Source: Bacillales bacterium UBA6356
GTDB lineage: Bacteria > Bacillota_I > Bacilli_A > RFN20 > CAG-826
Length of the DNA stretch: 63,878 bases
NCBI GenBank assembly: GCA_002440125.1
Contig: DJRQ01000038.1
Span: forward strand, 10,060 to 73,937
Direction of reading: 5' to 3'
In this document: piece by piece, positions 8,855 through 19,065 of the stretch
Layout: every line of letters begins with the position of its first letter
Position numbering within the stretch: the first letter of the stretch is position 1
Position numbers and translations under genes: made by a program
Notes under the pieces: model-generated
The model's input: the letters and a program-made list of their open reading frames with translations, nothing else
Told to the model about the DNA's origin: nothing
Database searches by the model: none

Positions 8855-11199
8855 GCGAAAAGAAAATGAACTTTGCCCTCGCGGGAAACCCAAACTGCGG
8901 CAAAACAACTCTCTTTAACGGTTTGACTGGCAGCACCGCTTATGTCGGAAATTGGCCAGGCGTCACCGTTGAAAAAAGAGAAGGAACCTATAAAAACAAG
9001 AAACTTGGCGATTGCATCATCACCGATCTCCCTGGCATATATAGCCTTTCGCCATATTCGCCAGAAGAAGTCATTTCGAGGAACTACATCCTCGATTCCA
9101 AACCCGATTGCGTGATTAACGTCATCGATGCCACCAATCTCGAACGTAACCTTTACATGACCACCCAAATCCTAGAGATGGATGTGCCTGTGGTTATCGC
9201 TTTGAATATGACCGATGCCTTAGAGGCAGAAGGCCAAAGCATCGACGCCAAAGCCCTTTCCAAAAAACTTGGCGTTCCCGTTGTCTCCATCAGCGCCCTT
9301 AAACGCAAAGGTTTAGACGAACTCATGAGCGTCGCTATCGCCACCGCCACGCGTCCGAGAAAAGGGCGCGTTATTTGGGAAGCCAATGAGCTTCAGGAAG
9401 CGATTGACAAAGCGGCCAAAGTCTATGGCGACGAAAAGATCGACAATCCCGTCTTCCATGCCGTCAAAGCGCTTGAAAAAGACGAGATCGAAATGAAAAT
9501 CAATCCCGTTCTGGCTCAAAAGGTTCAAGAAGAGACGAAGGATGTCCAAGATTTCGAAGCCAAGAGCGCCGACTACCGCTACCGCTACATCTCCAAAGAA
9601 CTTTCGGATACGAGAAAAGGCTTCGTGAAACAAGAAAAGAACAAGCTTTCCTTAAGCGATAAGATCGATAAGATTCTCACCAATCGTTGGCTTGCTTTCC
9701 CGATTCTCATTGTTCTTTTCTATCTCATATTCCAAATCGTCTTTAACGAAGATGTCTTGTATTTGGGGGCGATGGGAGTTGATTTCGGGGATGGGTTCCT
9801 CGATAATCTTATCCCAATGCCAGGCGCCGAAGCAGTCGATGGACGTGTCGCAGGCGTCTTTGACGGCCTCTTCTACACCGCCGATGGCTGGAATAGCTTA
9901 GGTGTGTTCTTGGCAAATCTTCTCAACGCCTGCACAGGCGCTTTCACTGCCTGGATTGCCACCCTTTTAGAAGGTGCGCCAGCTTGGGTGAGCGGCTTTA
10001 TCTGCGATGGCGTTTTGGCTGGTTTATTCGCCGTCATCGGATTCTTGCCGCAGATCCTTCTCTTATTCTTCTTCTTTAGCATCCTCGAAGACAGCGGCTA
10101 TATGGCTCGTGTTGCCTTCGTTCTTGATCGTCTCTTCCGCCGCTTTGGGGTGTCAGGAAGAGCCTTCTTACCGATGATAATGGGCTTTGGTTGCGGCGTT
10201 CCTGCCATGATCAACACCCGTACGCTTGTAAGCGATAAGGAACGCGTCAAAACGATTCGCGTCATTCCTTTCTTCTCTTGCAGCGCCAAACTTCCGATTT
10301 TGACTGCCGTTTGTGGCGTTTTGGCCTCAAATTTCGGTTTGCAAGCGGGACTTGTCACCTTTGCGATGTACGTCCTTGGCGTAGCGATGGCTATTGCGAT
10401 GGTCATCGTCATGAATAAGACCACCCAACGCGAAAAGGTCGCTCCATTCGTCATGGAACTTCCAAGCTATCACCTCCCACAGCCTCGCGCTTTGGGAATC
10501 CACGTTTGGGACAAGGCCAAGCACTTCTTGAAGAAAGCCTTCACGATCATTCTTGTAACAACGATCTTGGTTTGGGTTTTCTCTTCCTTCACTTGGGATT
10601 GGAAATTCATCGCCGACTATACGGCCGACGATATCAAAGCCATCAATGACGCTGGCTTTGTCAGTCTCCAAGCGATGTATGAAAATAGCATTCTGGCTGG
10701 CATTGGCAAACTCTTGCAACCTCTCTTCACTCCTTTGGGTTGGGGGTCGCAAGCCGGTCCGAACGGTTGGGTTTATAGCGTCGCTGCCATCAACGGCCTT
10801 ATCGCCAAAGAAAACGTCATCGGTACCCTCGGGACTCTTGGCAATGTCATTGCCAACACCATTGGTGCCGACGTTGCCGAAGGCGAGGAAATGGTCGCCA
10901 TTGTCGCGAATACGAATGTGACGACTGGAAGCCTCATTTCCTTCATCATCTTCAACGTGCTTACCATTCCTTGCTTTGCGAGCGTCGCCACCGCCAAAGG
11001 CGAAATGCCTTCCCACAAAGCGTTTGTTGGAACCATCGCCTTCTGGCTCCTTGTCAGCTATCTCACCGCGAGCGCCTTCTATCTTATGATCGACTATGTT
11101 TGGACGATCGCTATCATCTTGCCAGTCGTCGCTCTTCTCATCGTGGGGCTCTACTTCTACGATAGAAAGAAAAAGAAAGAAGAAAGCGTTGCCGAATAA
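8851..11199 (+). CDS. feoB: Ferrous iron transporter FeoB (G-domain plus membrane permease)
   Basis: 782 aa; GTPase G1 motif ALAGNPNCGKTTLFN and DLPGIYSL; long polytopic C-terminal domain. Confidence 0.95.
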   Translation: MSEKKMNFALAGNPNCGKTTLFNGLTGSTAYVGNWPGVTVEKREGTYKNKKLGDCIITDLPGIYSLSPYSPEEVISRNYILDSKPDCVINVIDATNLERNLYMTTQILEMDVPVVIALNMTDALEAEGQSIDAKALSKKLGVPVVSISALKRKGLDELMSVAIATATRPRKGRVIWEANELQEAIDKAAKVYGDEKIDNPVFHAVKALEKDEIEMKINPVLAQKVQEETKDVQDFEAKSADYRYRYISKELSDTRKGFVKQEKNKLSLSDKIDKILTNRWLAFPILIVLFYLIFQIVFNEDVLYLGAMGVDFGDGFLDNLIPMPGAEAVDGRVAGVFDGLFYTADGWNSLGVFLANLLNACTGAFTAWIATLLEGAPAWVSGFICDGVLAGLFAVIGFLPQILLLFFFFSILEDSGYMARVAFVLDRLFRRFGVSGRAFLPMIMGFGCGVPAMINTRTLVSDKERVKTIRVIPFFSCSAKLPILTAVCGVLASNFGLQAGLVTFAMYVLGVAMAIAMVIVMNKTTQREKVAPFVMELPSYHLPQPRALGIHVWDKAKHFLKKAFTIILVTTILVWVFSSFTWDWKFIADYTADDIKAINDAGFVSLQAMYENSILAGIGKLLQPLFTPLGWGSQAGPNGWVYSVAAINGLIAKENVIGTLGTLGNVIANTIGADVAEGEEMVAIVANTNVTTGSLISFIIFNVLTIPCFASVATAKGEMPSHKAFVGTIAFWLLVSYLTASAFYLMIDYVWTIAIILPVVALLIVGLYFYDRKKKKEESVAE

Positions 11200-11205
11200 T
11201 TCCTT

Positions 11206-11439
11206 ATGAGTGCTATAGAGATTTGCACAATCGTTGTTGCCGCCGCGATTGTCTTAGGTTATTTCGGAATCGAAATATATCGGAAAATCACCGGCAGACC
11301 CTCCATCAATGACGATTGTGCCTCTACGCACAAAGGGAAAGCTCTTATCAAGGCTTATCGAAAGCAAAAAGAAAAAGAACGGAGAGCCTTAGAGAAAGAG
11401 AAAAAAAAGAAAAGCGACAAAGAAGGCGCGAACGAATAA
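11206..11439 (+). CDS. Small membrane protein downstream of feoB (one TM helix plus Lys/Glu-rich tail)
   Basis: 77 aa; N-terminal hydrophobic helix ICTIVVAAAIVLGYFGI followed by a charged tail. The position is typical of FeoB-associated small proteins. No clear SD. Confidence 0.45.
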   Translation: MSAIEICTIVVAAAIVLGYFGIEIYRKITGRPSINDDCASTHKGKALIKAYRKQKEKERRALEKEKKKKSDKEGANE

Positions 11440-11457
11440 TCCGCGCCTTTTCTTTTT
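11423..11457 (+). terminator. Rho-independent terminator after the feo operon
   Basis: Stem AAGGCGCG (11423-11430) pairs with CGCGCCTT (11442-11449), followed by a T-rich run TTTTCTTTTT. Confidence 0.6.
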
Positions 11458-11469
11458 AAGGAGGCCCCT

Positions 11470-12258
11470 ATGAACGATTATCTCTTTCTGGCTTTAGGCA
11501 TATTCATCCCATTTTTAGGAACCGCGCTTGGCTCGGCCATGGTCTTTTTCTTTAAAAAAGGAATGAATGAAAAGCTCCATAAAATTCTTTTGGGGTTTGC
11601 AAGCGGAGTCATGGTGGCCGCCTCGATATGGAGTCTTTTGATTCCATCTTTGGAAATGGCGGATTTAGAAGAGAACTTGAAATGGATCCCGGCTTTCGTG
11701 GGACTGCTTTTGGGCTTTGGTTTTTTGTGGCTCATCGATGCCTTGACGCCCCATCAGCATTTGGAAAGCCAAGAGCCGGAAGGTTTAAGGAGCAATCTTG
11801 GCAAAATAAGCATGCTTCTTTTAGCCGTAACCATCCATAACATCCCCGAAGGAATGGCCCCTGGAATCGTCTTGGCAAGCGCCATCGGCGAAGGGGCGAC
11901 CATATCCAAAATGAGCGCCTTGGCCCTTTCCATAGGCATCGCCATTCAGAATTTCCCAGAAGGGGCCATTATTTCTTTGCCTCTATTAAGTGAGGGCAAA
12001 AGCAAAAAGAAAGCGTTTCTCTTAGGAACTTTAAGCGGGGCTGTGGAGCCGATTGGCGCCATCTTGATGATTGTTTTGGCTTCCTTTTTGAAGCCCATTC
12101 TCCCCTACTTCCTTAGTTTTGCCTCCGGAGCGATGCTTTACGTTGTCGTGGAAGAGCTTATTCCCGAAGCTCAAAATGGGAAGCATTCGAACTTAGGGAC
12201 AATAGGCTTCGCCATTGGTTTTGCCATCATGATGGTGCTAGATGTCGCTTTAGGCTAG
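11470..12258 (+). CDS. ZIP-family zinc/divalent metal transporter (ZupT-like)
   Basis: 262 aa; duplicated ZIP signatures IHNIPEGMA and IQNFPEGA; SD AAGGAGG upstream. Confidence 0.85.
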   Translation: MNDYLFLALGIFIPFLGTALGSAMVFFFKKGMNEKLHKILLGFASGVMVAASIWSLLIPSLEMADLEENLKWIPAFVGLLLGFGFLWLIDALTPHQHLESQEPEGLRSNLGKISMLLLAVTIHNIPEGMAPGIVLASAIGEGATISKMSALALSIGIAIQNFPEGAIISLPLLSEGKSKKKAFLLGTLSGAVEPIGAILMIVLASFLKPILPYFLSFASGAMLYVVVEELIPEAQNGKHSNLGTIGFAIGFAIMMVLDVALG

Positions 12259-12528
12259 AAAAAAGAGCTTCGAAAAGAAGCCTTTTTTCGTATAGGGCTC
12301 GCTTCGAACGTCTAAAACACGATAGCCGTCTTTTGCAACACTGGCTTTCAACTCGTCCAAAGAAACGTCTTTTCTAGCCAGGACTTTAGCTATTTTCTTA
12401 GGTGCGCTGGCTTTCGCTTTTTTGACGCCAACAACCTTCCTAAGGGCATCGTTTACATGAGCTTCGCACATGGAACAACGCATGCCGTCAATCGTAAGAT
12501 AAACAAGAATCAAGTCTTCCTTTTCCAT
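12250..12528 (-). CDS. Heavy-metal-associated (HMA) domain protein, CopZ-like
   Basis: 92 aa; metal-binding loop DGMRCSMCEAHVNDAL (MxCxxC); SD GAGGTAAGAGGT upstream; 9-nt convergent overlap with the ZIP gene. Confidence 0.7.
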   Translation of the reverse strand: MEKEDLILVYLTIDGMRCSMCEAHVNDALRKVVGVKKAKASAPKKIAKVLARKDVSLDELKASVAKDGYRVLDVRSEPYTKKGFFSKLFFLA

Positions 12529-12659
12529 ACCTCTTACCTCACCCTTATTTTAGCATTTCATCGGCTGAAAATCCGTTTTTTCATTGAACGTTTTCGAGAT
12601 TCTTTCCGATGAATTGTTCGCTTTCTAAATAAGCTTTAAAAACGTCTTGTTTTTCTCCC

Positions 12660-12687
12660 TTGACGTGTTTTCTTTTCCCATTAAAAT
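12660..12687 (+). promoter_or_regulatory. Candidate sigma-70-type promoter of the ABC exporter pair
   Basis: TTGACG (12660-12665), 16-nt spacer, TAAAAT (12682-12687); about 25 nt upstream of SD AGGAGG and the ATG at 12713. Confidence 0.4.
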
Positions 12688-12712
12688 ACTCACGATTGTT
12701 AGGAGGCGAACG

Positions 12713-14479
12713 ATGTTCAAATTATTGAAAAACCTACGTGCCAAAGATTGGATAGGAATCATCATCGCTTTGGGTTTAGTCGTCCTAAGCGTTTGGTTAG
12801 AGCTCTTAATACCCGATTATATGGGTTCCTTGTCGAAGAACTTGCTTTCTCAAAGCACCGACATGTCCTCTATCTGGAAAGATGGCGGCATGATGCTTTT
12901 ATGCGCAGTGGCAACGTGTCTGGATATGTGCGTCGTCTATTTCATTAGCGCCCGAGTCGGATCGAATTTCTCAAAGACTTTGCGTTCGAAGCTTTATGCG
13001 AAAGTCCAAAGGCTATCGGAAAAAGACATCGAAAGCTTTAGCACCGCCTCTTTAATCACCCGAACGACCAACGATATCACTCAAATCACCCAACTTCTCA
13101 CAATGGGTATGTCTCTCATCTTCAAAGCGCCCATCATGGCCATATGGGCTATCTTCAAAATCTTAGGAAAAGGCAATGACGCTTGGACGATCGCGGTTGG
13201 GATTGCGGTTGCCTTCCTAATCGTCATGATTTCTATCTTAGGCTCTTTGGTCCTTCCGAAGTTCAAGCGCATCCAAACCCAAATCGATAAGGTCAACGCC
13301 ATGTCGCGAGAAGATATTGAGGGCCTTCGCGTCATCAAGGCCTTTAATGCGGAGGGCTTCCAAGGGGCGAAGTTCGATAAAGCCAACGACGCATTGACGA
13401 AAACAAACATATTCACCGGTCAAGTGATGAACGCTTTAAACCCGGTTATGACCGCCATAATGTCCGGTCTTCCCGTGGCCATCTATTGGATTGGCGCTTA
13501 TAGCATCCATGAAGCAAATGCGATGGATAAGCTCGATATTTTTTCCAATATGATGGTTTTCTCCAGCTATAGCGCCCTGGTCATCATGGGCTTTTTGATG
13601 CTTGTCATCGTCTTCATGATTTCTCCTCGAAGCTTTGTTGCCGCCAAAAGGGTCAACGAAGTTCTCGAGGCCAAAGATAGCATCGAGGAAGGAAACTTCT
13701 CTGGCCCCACCGAAAAACAAGGCGAACTCGAATTCGAAAACGTTTCTTTCGGTTACGATAACGATGACAAAACCATTCAAGAAAACGTTTTAACGAATAT
13801 CTCTTTCACGCTCGAGAAAGGGCAAACCCTTGCCATCATCGGCCCAACAGGCAGTGGCAAAAGCACGCTCGTGAGAATGGCCATGCGTTTCTATGATCCG
13901 AAAGAAGGAGAAATTCTTTTGGATGGGCATTCTTTGAAGGAATATACTTTCCACGCTCTCTATAACAAAATCGCATTAGTCCCGCAAAAAGCCGTTCTTT
14001 TTAGCGATACGATCAAAGGGAACATCCTTTATGGCCAAAGTGACGGTTATAACGAAAAATCCTTGCAAAAAGCCCTTCGAATTTCTCAAAGCGAGGAATT
14101 CGTCTCCAAGAAGGAGAAGGGTCTAGAAAGCGAAATCGAGCAAGGTGGAAAAAACGTCTCCGGCGGGCAAAAGCAACGTCTTAGCATTGCCAGAGCCTTA
14201 GCGAGAAACCCGGAAATCTTGATTTTGGACGATAGTTTGAGCGCTTTGGACTTCAAGACTGATTTCGAGGTTCGAAAAGCCTTAAAGAACGAGTATAAGG
14301 ATACGACCAAAATCATTGTTGCCCAACGCGTCGGTTCCATCAAAGATGCCGATAAGATTCTCGTTCTTGACGAAGGGAAAGTCGTCGGACTCGGGAAACA
14401 CGAGGACCTCTTAAAGAAATGCCCTCTCTATCTAGAAATCGCCAAGAGCCAATTAAGTCAGGAGGAATTAGACAAATGA
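12713..14479 (+). CDS. ABC exporter, fused permease/ATP-binding subunit (multidrug/lipid exporter type), subunit 1
   Basis: Six-TM N-terminal half, then Walker A GPTGSGKST, signature VSGGQKQRLSIARAL and Walker B ILILDDSLSALD. Start moved to ATG 12713 (SD AGGAGG); the track ORF begins at 12647. Confidence 0.9.
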   Translation: MFKLLKNLRAKDWIGIIIALGLVVLSVWLELLIPDYMGSLSKNLLSQSTDMSSIWKDGGMMLLCAVATCLDMCVVYFISARVGSNFSKTLRSKLYAKVQRLSEKDIESFSTASLITRTTNDITQITQLLTMGMSLIFKAPIMAIWAIFKILGKGNDAWTIAVGIAVAFLIVMISILGSLVLPKFKRIQTQIDKVNAMSREDIEGLRVIKAFNAEGFQGAKFDKANDALTKTNIFTGQVMNALNPVMTAIMSGLPVAIYWIGAYSIHEANAMDKLDIFSNMMVFSSYSALVIMGFLMLVIVFMISPRSFVAAKRVNEVLEAKDSIEEGNFSGPTEKQGELEFENVSFGYDNDDKTIQENVLTNISFTLEKGQTLAIIGPTGSGKSTLVRMAMRFYDPKEGEILLDGHSLKEYTFHALYNKIALVPQKAVLFSDTIKGNILYGQSDGYNEKSLQKALRISQSEEFVSKKEKGLESEIEQGGKNVSGGQKQRLSIARALARNPEILILDDSLSALDFKTDFEVRKALKNEYKDTTKIIVAQRVGSIKDADKILVLDEGKVVGLGKHEDLLKKCPLYLEIAKSQLSQEELDK

Positions 14480-16293
14480 GCCCACGTCCTTTAAGAGAAA
14501 CGAAAAGAAAAGTCACCTTCAAAGAGTCTTTTATCGGCCTTAAAAAACTCTTTGTCTATTCAAAAAAAGCCCTTCCGGCCATTCTTCTTGCCGTCGTATT
14601 CGCTTGCGCCGGCGCCATATTGACGATTCTTGGCCCAAGCTATCTTGGAGATATCACCGATCTTTTAGAAGAAGGCGTCGCAAAGGAACTTCAAGGCGTC
14701 GGTTCCATCGATTTAGCTTCAATTGGCCACATTTGCCTGCTTCTTATCCTTTTCTATAGCCTAAGCATTGTCTTTAGCTATATCCAAAGCTTCATTATGA
14801 CCCTTGTCGCCAATATCGTGAGCAAGAAGCTTCGAAAAGACATCAACGATAAAATCAACCGCATCCCTTTAAAGACCATCGAAGGCAAAGAGGCAGGCGA
14901 CATCATGTCCTTAGTCACAAACGACGTTGATCTTATCGGCCAGTCTTTGTCCAATAGCATTGCTTCTTTCGTTTCCAGCAGCGTGCAGTTTATTGGCGTT
15001 ACCATCATGATGTTCGTGACGGAGTGGCGAATGGCCCTAACCGCCATCTTCGCGACCCTTTTAGGCGGAATTGCCGCGATGGTCATTCTTTTAAAGAGTC
15101 AAAAATATTTCACCGCTCAACAAGTCGCTGTCGCGAGGGTGAACGCCCAAGTCGAAGAAATCTATGGCGCTCATAGCGTGGTCCGAGCCAATAACGCGGT
15201 CGAAACCAATATCGAGGATTTCGAAAAGAGAAACACCGAACTTTATAATATGAACTGGAAGTCACAGTTCTTTGGAAGCTTGACGATGCCTTTGATGAAC
15301 TTCATCGGAAATTTCGGATATGTGGCAGTCTGCGTCGTCGGCGCCTTCCTTATAAGCAACAATTTGGGAAAGCTTGCGCTTATTACCAGCTTCATGCTTT
15401 ATATTCGTCTCTTTAGCTCCCCTTTAACCACCATTGCGCAAGACTTCCCCTATCTTCAGCAAAGCGCCGCTGCCGCGATGCGCGTCTTTGACTTCCTAGA
15501 AGAAAAGGAAGTAAGCGACGAATCCAATATCCAAAAAAGCATCGATCCAAGCCAAGTCAAAGGGGAAATCGTCTTCGAGCATGTCCGCTTCGGCTACGAA
15601 GAAGGAAAACCCATCATCAAGGATTTTAGCGCGAAGGTGCTACCTGGCCAAAAAGTGGCGATCGTCGGACCTACGGGAGCAGGAAAAACGACTCTCGTGA
15701 ATCTCTTGATGCGCTTCTATGAGATTTGGGACGGTTCCATTACGATTGATGGCATTAGCACCAAAGACCTTAAAAGGGAAAACGTTCATTCGCTCTTTGG
15801 AATGGTGCTTCAAGATACTTGGCTTTTCGATGGAACAATCCGCGAGAATCTAAAATTCAACCATCCGGAAATCCCTGACGAAGTCATGAAAGGCGATGCC
15901 AAAATTTGTGGCGTCGATCACTTCATCAAGGCTCTCCCCCACGGCTATCACACCATCCTCGACAACCATTTGGAGATTAGTTCTGGCCAAAAGCAGCTTC
16001 TGACCATCACCCGTGCCATGATACAAAACGCTCCGATGTTAATCCTCGACGAAGCCACATCCAGCGTTGATACCAGGACGGAACTTGTCATACAGAAGGC
16101 GATGGACGAACTCACCAAAGGAAGAACCTCATTCATCATCGCCCACCGTCTAAGCACCATCAAGAATGCCGACCTCATTCTCGTTTTGAAAGATGGCAAC
16201 ATCGTCGAAAGCGGAACCCACCGCTCCCTCTTGGCGAAGAATGGGGCTTATGCCGAGCTTTATAATTCGCAATTTGCAAGCATGGCCCAATAA
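14476..16293 (+). CDS. ABC exporter, fused permease/ATP-binding subunit, subunit 2
   Basis: Walker A GPTGAGKTT, signature SSGQKQLLTITRAM and Walker B MLILDEATSSVD. ATG 14476 overlaps the upstream TGA (ATGA), implying a heterodimer pair. Confidence 0.9.
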   Translation: MSPRPLRETKRKVTFKESFIGLKKLFVYSKKALPAILLAVVFACAGAILTILGPSYLGDITDLLEEGVAKELQGVGSIDLASIGHICLLLILFYSLSIVFSYIQSFIMTLVANIVSKKLRKDINDKINRIPLKTIEGKEAGDIMSLVTNDVDLIGQSLSNSIASFVSSSVQFIGVTIMMFVTEWRMALTAIFATLLGGIAAMVILLKSQKYFTAQQVAVARVNAQVEEIYGAHSVVRANNAVETNIEDFEKRNTELYNMNWKSQFFGSLTMPLMNFIGNFGYVAVCVVGAFLISNNLGKLALITSFMLYIRLFSSPLTTIAQDFPYLQQSAAAAMRVFDFLEEKEVSDESNIQKSIDPSQVKGEIVFEHVRFGYEEGKPIIKDFSAKVLPGQKVAIVGPTGAGKTTLVNLLMRFYEIWDGSITIDGISTKDLKRENVHSLFGMVLQDTWLFDGTIRENLKFNHPEIPDEVMKGDAKICGVDHFIKALPHGYHTILDNHLEISSGQKQLLTITRAMIQNAPMLILDEATSSVDTRTELVIQKAMDELTKGRTSFIIAHRLSTIKNADLILVLKDGNIVESGTHRSLLAKNGAYAELYNSQFASMAQ

Positions 16294-16365
16294 AAGCTAA
16301 AAAGCCCTGCAAAATCCCAATATATTAGAGGGATGCATGGGTTTCGTTTTACAAAAAATCGAATA

Positions 16366-19065
16366 TCAAGAAGCAAAACCATCGAAAACCCACATCTTTG
16401 TGGAAGTATCGAATTTTAATTTCGCTTTGTCGTATTTCGTTGAATTCGAATATAAAGCCGTGTTGTTATTCGAACAAAATTTTCGGATATTTGCGGTTAA
16501 ACTCGTATATGTTGTTCCAGAAACTAAGGAATCCAGAACCGGAACAAAGACCCCTTTATAATTCACATAATAGGCGTTTGATGCCTTGATGATTTGATTG
16601 TTTATTTCGCCATCAACGAGCGTTGGAGTAACATCATAATCCGTTAAAGCGTTTTGATTTTCGGGGGCGCTGCCACCTTGCAAAAAATCATTCTTTGTAT
16701 AGAGGAAGTATTTTTTGTTGTTGTCCGTTTTGAAGAGTCTCGTCGTAGAATCAAAAGTTCCTTTGAGCTTGAGGCTAGCGTCTTTAATGTAAGCAAAACC
16801 ATTCGAAATCAAAGGCAAAGCATTAAAGGAGGTAATAAGATTGACGCTCGATTTATATGTTCGATGCGACAAACTAAACCAAAGGCTACCGTTTTGCTCT
16901 CCTTTGATATCGTAGGTTTGAACATCGCTTGAGCCAAGGATAGATTGAATCGACTCCTTGGAAAAAGAGATAGGTCCAGAGATAAGGTACTTGTAAGAAT
17001 CGGGAATATCACGAATCTCAACATTTCCAAGAACCATGTGGTTTGAAGGCTTCGTGTATTTCCAATAATTATACAAGGCATAAACGCCTTTATTCTGCGG
17101 AACGTGAGTTGATGCGTTATAGGTATAGAAGCTTCTATCGTAGGCCATCAAACCACCGCGATTTCTGGTCGTTTCACCAGTAATATTGACGTCCACAATA
17201 TTAGCAGCATTTATTGAGACGTCTTCATATTTCACGACTTCGCCGGGATCGAATGTCAAAGTGGAGTTTGACTCACTGACGAAAGAGCTTCCCGGCAGCA
17301 AAAGAAGCTTGGCTTTCAAAATCAAAGAATAAGTGCTTTTAAGAAGCAAATCGAAAAATGGTGGGATGGGAACACCGATTCTTGCCCAATCGATATCAAC
17401 ATCTTTTGTAATATATTTGTTGATTGTGGCACTCAGAGGTATTTTGCTATTCAAGACGATATTGGCGTTGAAAGTATATTTGTAACGGTAGTAGTACATT
17501 TTTAGATAAATCTGGTTAGCACCCTGACCGGTAACTTGGGAAGGATAAAGATTGGCGTTTATATAAGGAATAATCTTGATGCTGTCATCTTCGGCTTTCT
17601 TCTCTCCCCATGAGAAAACAGATGATCCCGAAGGACCTACGATATTCGCATAGATGTTGCTGAGGCCTAGTTCTCCTAAATCGAGTTTCAAATACCCTTT
17701 AAGCGTAGTCCCATGCATAGCCTCGATAGGCGCTTCGATGTAAGTGAATCGATACTCATCAAAAGGAGACTGCCCTTTCCCATAGCCATAAGTCGTCTGA
17801 TTGCCACCACGCCCATCCGTCACGTTCAATAGACCCATAAGAGTTCCGCTGCTTTTAAGAAGAACCTTCCCTCCTCCTATCCGATCTACGATCGAGCCAT
17901 AGCAATTGAGCGTACCCCCATCGACAATCAAATTATGGCCATTCAAATCAAGCTGAGTATAGTTGCCGATGATTTGCGAATAAGTTTTATCGGCAGCGAC
18001 GGAGCCGACTTTCGCGCCGATATTAAGCGTTCCTTTTACCGTGAGATCGCCATTCAGCCGAATCATCAAGGAACAATTGTTGTTCCCGATATATTGATTG
18101 TTATAGTAATCCAAGGCCACGTTAGCGTTTGCATCACGATGCTCCTTAGCGTCGTTACCATCGGCGATGGCGCCGGTATTGGGAGAAGGATAGAGTCGAT
18201 TGTCGAGATAAACAAAATTTATGGTCACGCCATTAACGATGCTGCAACTATTCAAATAATCAAAATTGCCTGCGTTCTCATAGACAAAATCAGAAAAAAC
18301 ATCGTAACCACTTCCAGACCCACCTTTGCCGCTATCATAAATAGCGTATTCTCCGGAAGTTTTCTGAGCTATAAAATCGGTTAAGGAGGAATTTCCTTCG
18401 CAGTATTTAAGATATATTGAGGTATTGGCGTTGATTGGCTTATTAAAATCGAAGAGTTCACTATAGGATGCATCAGAGAAATAGCTATATTTCTCATAGT
18501 TATCAACGGGTAAATCAAAGGGCTTGATAAAGCTGTTGCGGGCTACCTTTAAAACGACGTCCGATTGACTATCAATGGGCTTTTCCCTTGTTTTTACGAC
18601 AGTTTTTGTCCAGGTAAACCACGCAACGGTGTATTTAAACGTATATTTCGGAAAGCCAGTACGTTCATAATCAACAACCTGTTTTTGCCTATATATTATA
18701 ATGGTTGTCTCCGATAAATGATCCTCGCTAACCGATACTTTATTGTCGACGATCTCCCACGATCCTACAAAATCGCCTTTGCTATATGAATTTCCCCACA
18801 GGTTATAACTCGTTTCGGTTAATGTCGAATCCTCGAATCTCCCAGTAGAAGTATCTTCAACCCTCTCACTTTCAACAGGCGCAGATTCAATCATTTTGTT
18901 GGATTGAAGTCTGGTATAGATATTAATCGTGCATAAATCCTCGTTTTTGGCAATGAAATTGGATGTCTCATTCAAATAAATCCAATCCGAAAGCCCAGCT
19001 GGCACAAGGAAGGAAAGCAAGAGAACAATGATTTTAGCAATATTTTTCTTCTTCATATCGTTCAT
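16366..19065 (-). CDS. Large secreted/surface protein of unknown function (N-terminal signal anchor, Gly/Asn-rich beta-rich centre)
   Basis: 899 aa; N-terminus KKKNIAKIIVLLLSFLVPAGLSDWIYL. No catalytic motif recognised. ATGA overlap (19062-19065) with the upstream gene. Confidence 0.75.
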   Translation of the reverse strand: MNDMKKKNIAKIIVLLLSFLVPAGLSDWIYLNETSNFIAKNEDLCTINIYTRLQSNKMIESAPVESERVEDTSTGRFEDSTLTETSYNLWGNSYSKGDFVGSWEIVDNKVSVSEDHLSETTIIIYRQKQVVDYERTGFPKYTFKYTVAWFTWTKTVVKTREKPIDSQSDVVLKVARNSFIKPFDLPVDNYEKYSYFSDASYSELFDFNKPINANTSIYLKYCEGNSSLTDFIAQKTSGEYAIYDSGKGGSGSGYDVFSDFVYENAGNFDYLNSCSIVNGVTINFVYLDNRLYPSPNTGAIADGNDAKEHRDANANVALDYYNNQYIGNNNCSLMIRLNGDLTVKGTLNIGAKVGSVAADKTYSQIIGNYTQLDLNGHNLIVDGGTLNCYGSIVDRIGGGKVLLKSSGTLMGLLNVTDGRGGNQTTYGYGKGQSPFDEYRFTYIEAPIEAMHGTTLKGYLKLDLGELGLSNIYANIVGPSGSSVFSWGEKKAEDDSIKIIPYINANLYPSQVTGQGANQIYLKMYYYRYKYTFNANIVLNSKIPLSATINKYITKDVDIDWARIGVPIPPFFDLLLKSTYSLILKAKLLLLPGSSFVSESNSTLTFDPGEVVKYEDVSINAANIVDVNITGETTRNRGGLMAYDRSFYTYNASTHVPQNKGVYALYNYWKYTKPSNHMVLGNVEIRDIPDSYKYLISGPISFSKESIQSILGSSDVQTYDIKGEQNGSLWFSLSHRTYKSSVNLITSFNALPLISNGFAYIKDASLKLKGTFDSTTRLFKTDNNKKYFLYTKNDFLQGGSAPENQNALTDYDVTPTLVDGEINNQIIKASNAYYVNYKGVFVPVLDSLVSGTTYTSLTANIRKFCSNNNTALYSNSTKYDKAKLKFDTSTKMWVFDGFAS

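Noticed and set aside
12259-12300. GCTTC-gaaaa-GAAGC hairpin plus T-run after the ZIP gene, considered as a terminator.
   Set aside because: The stem is only 5 bp and it lies inside the C-terminal codons of the convergent HMA gene. It is plausible but too weak to list as a feature.
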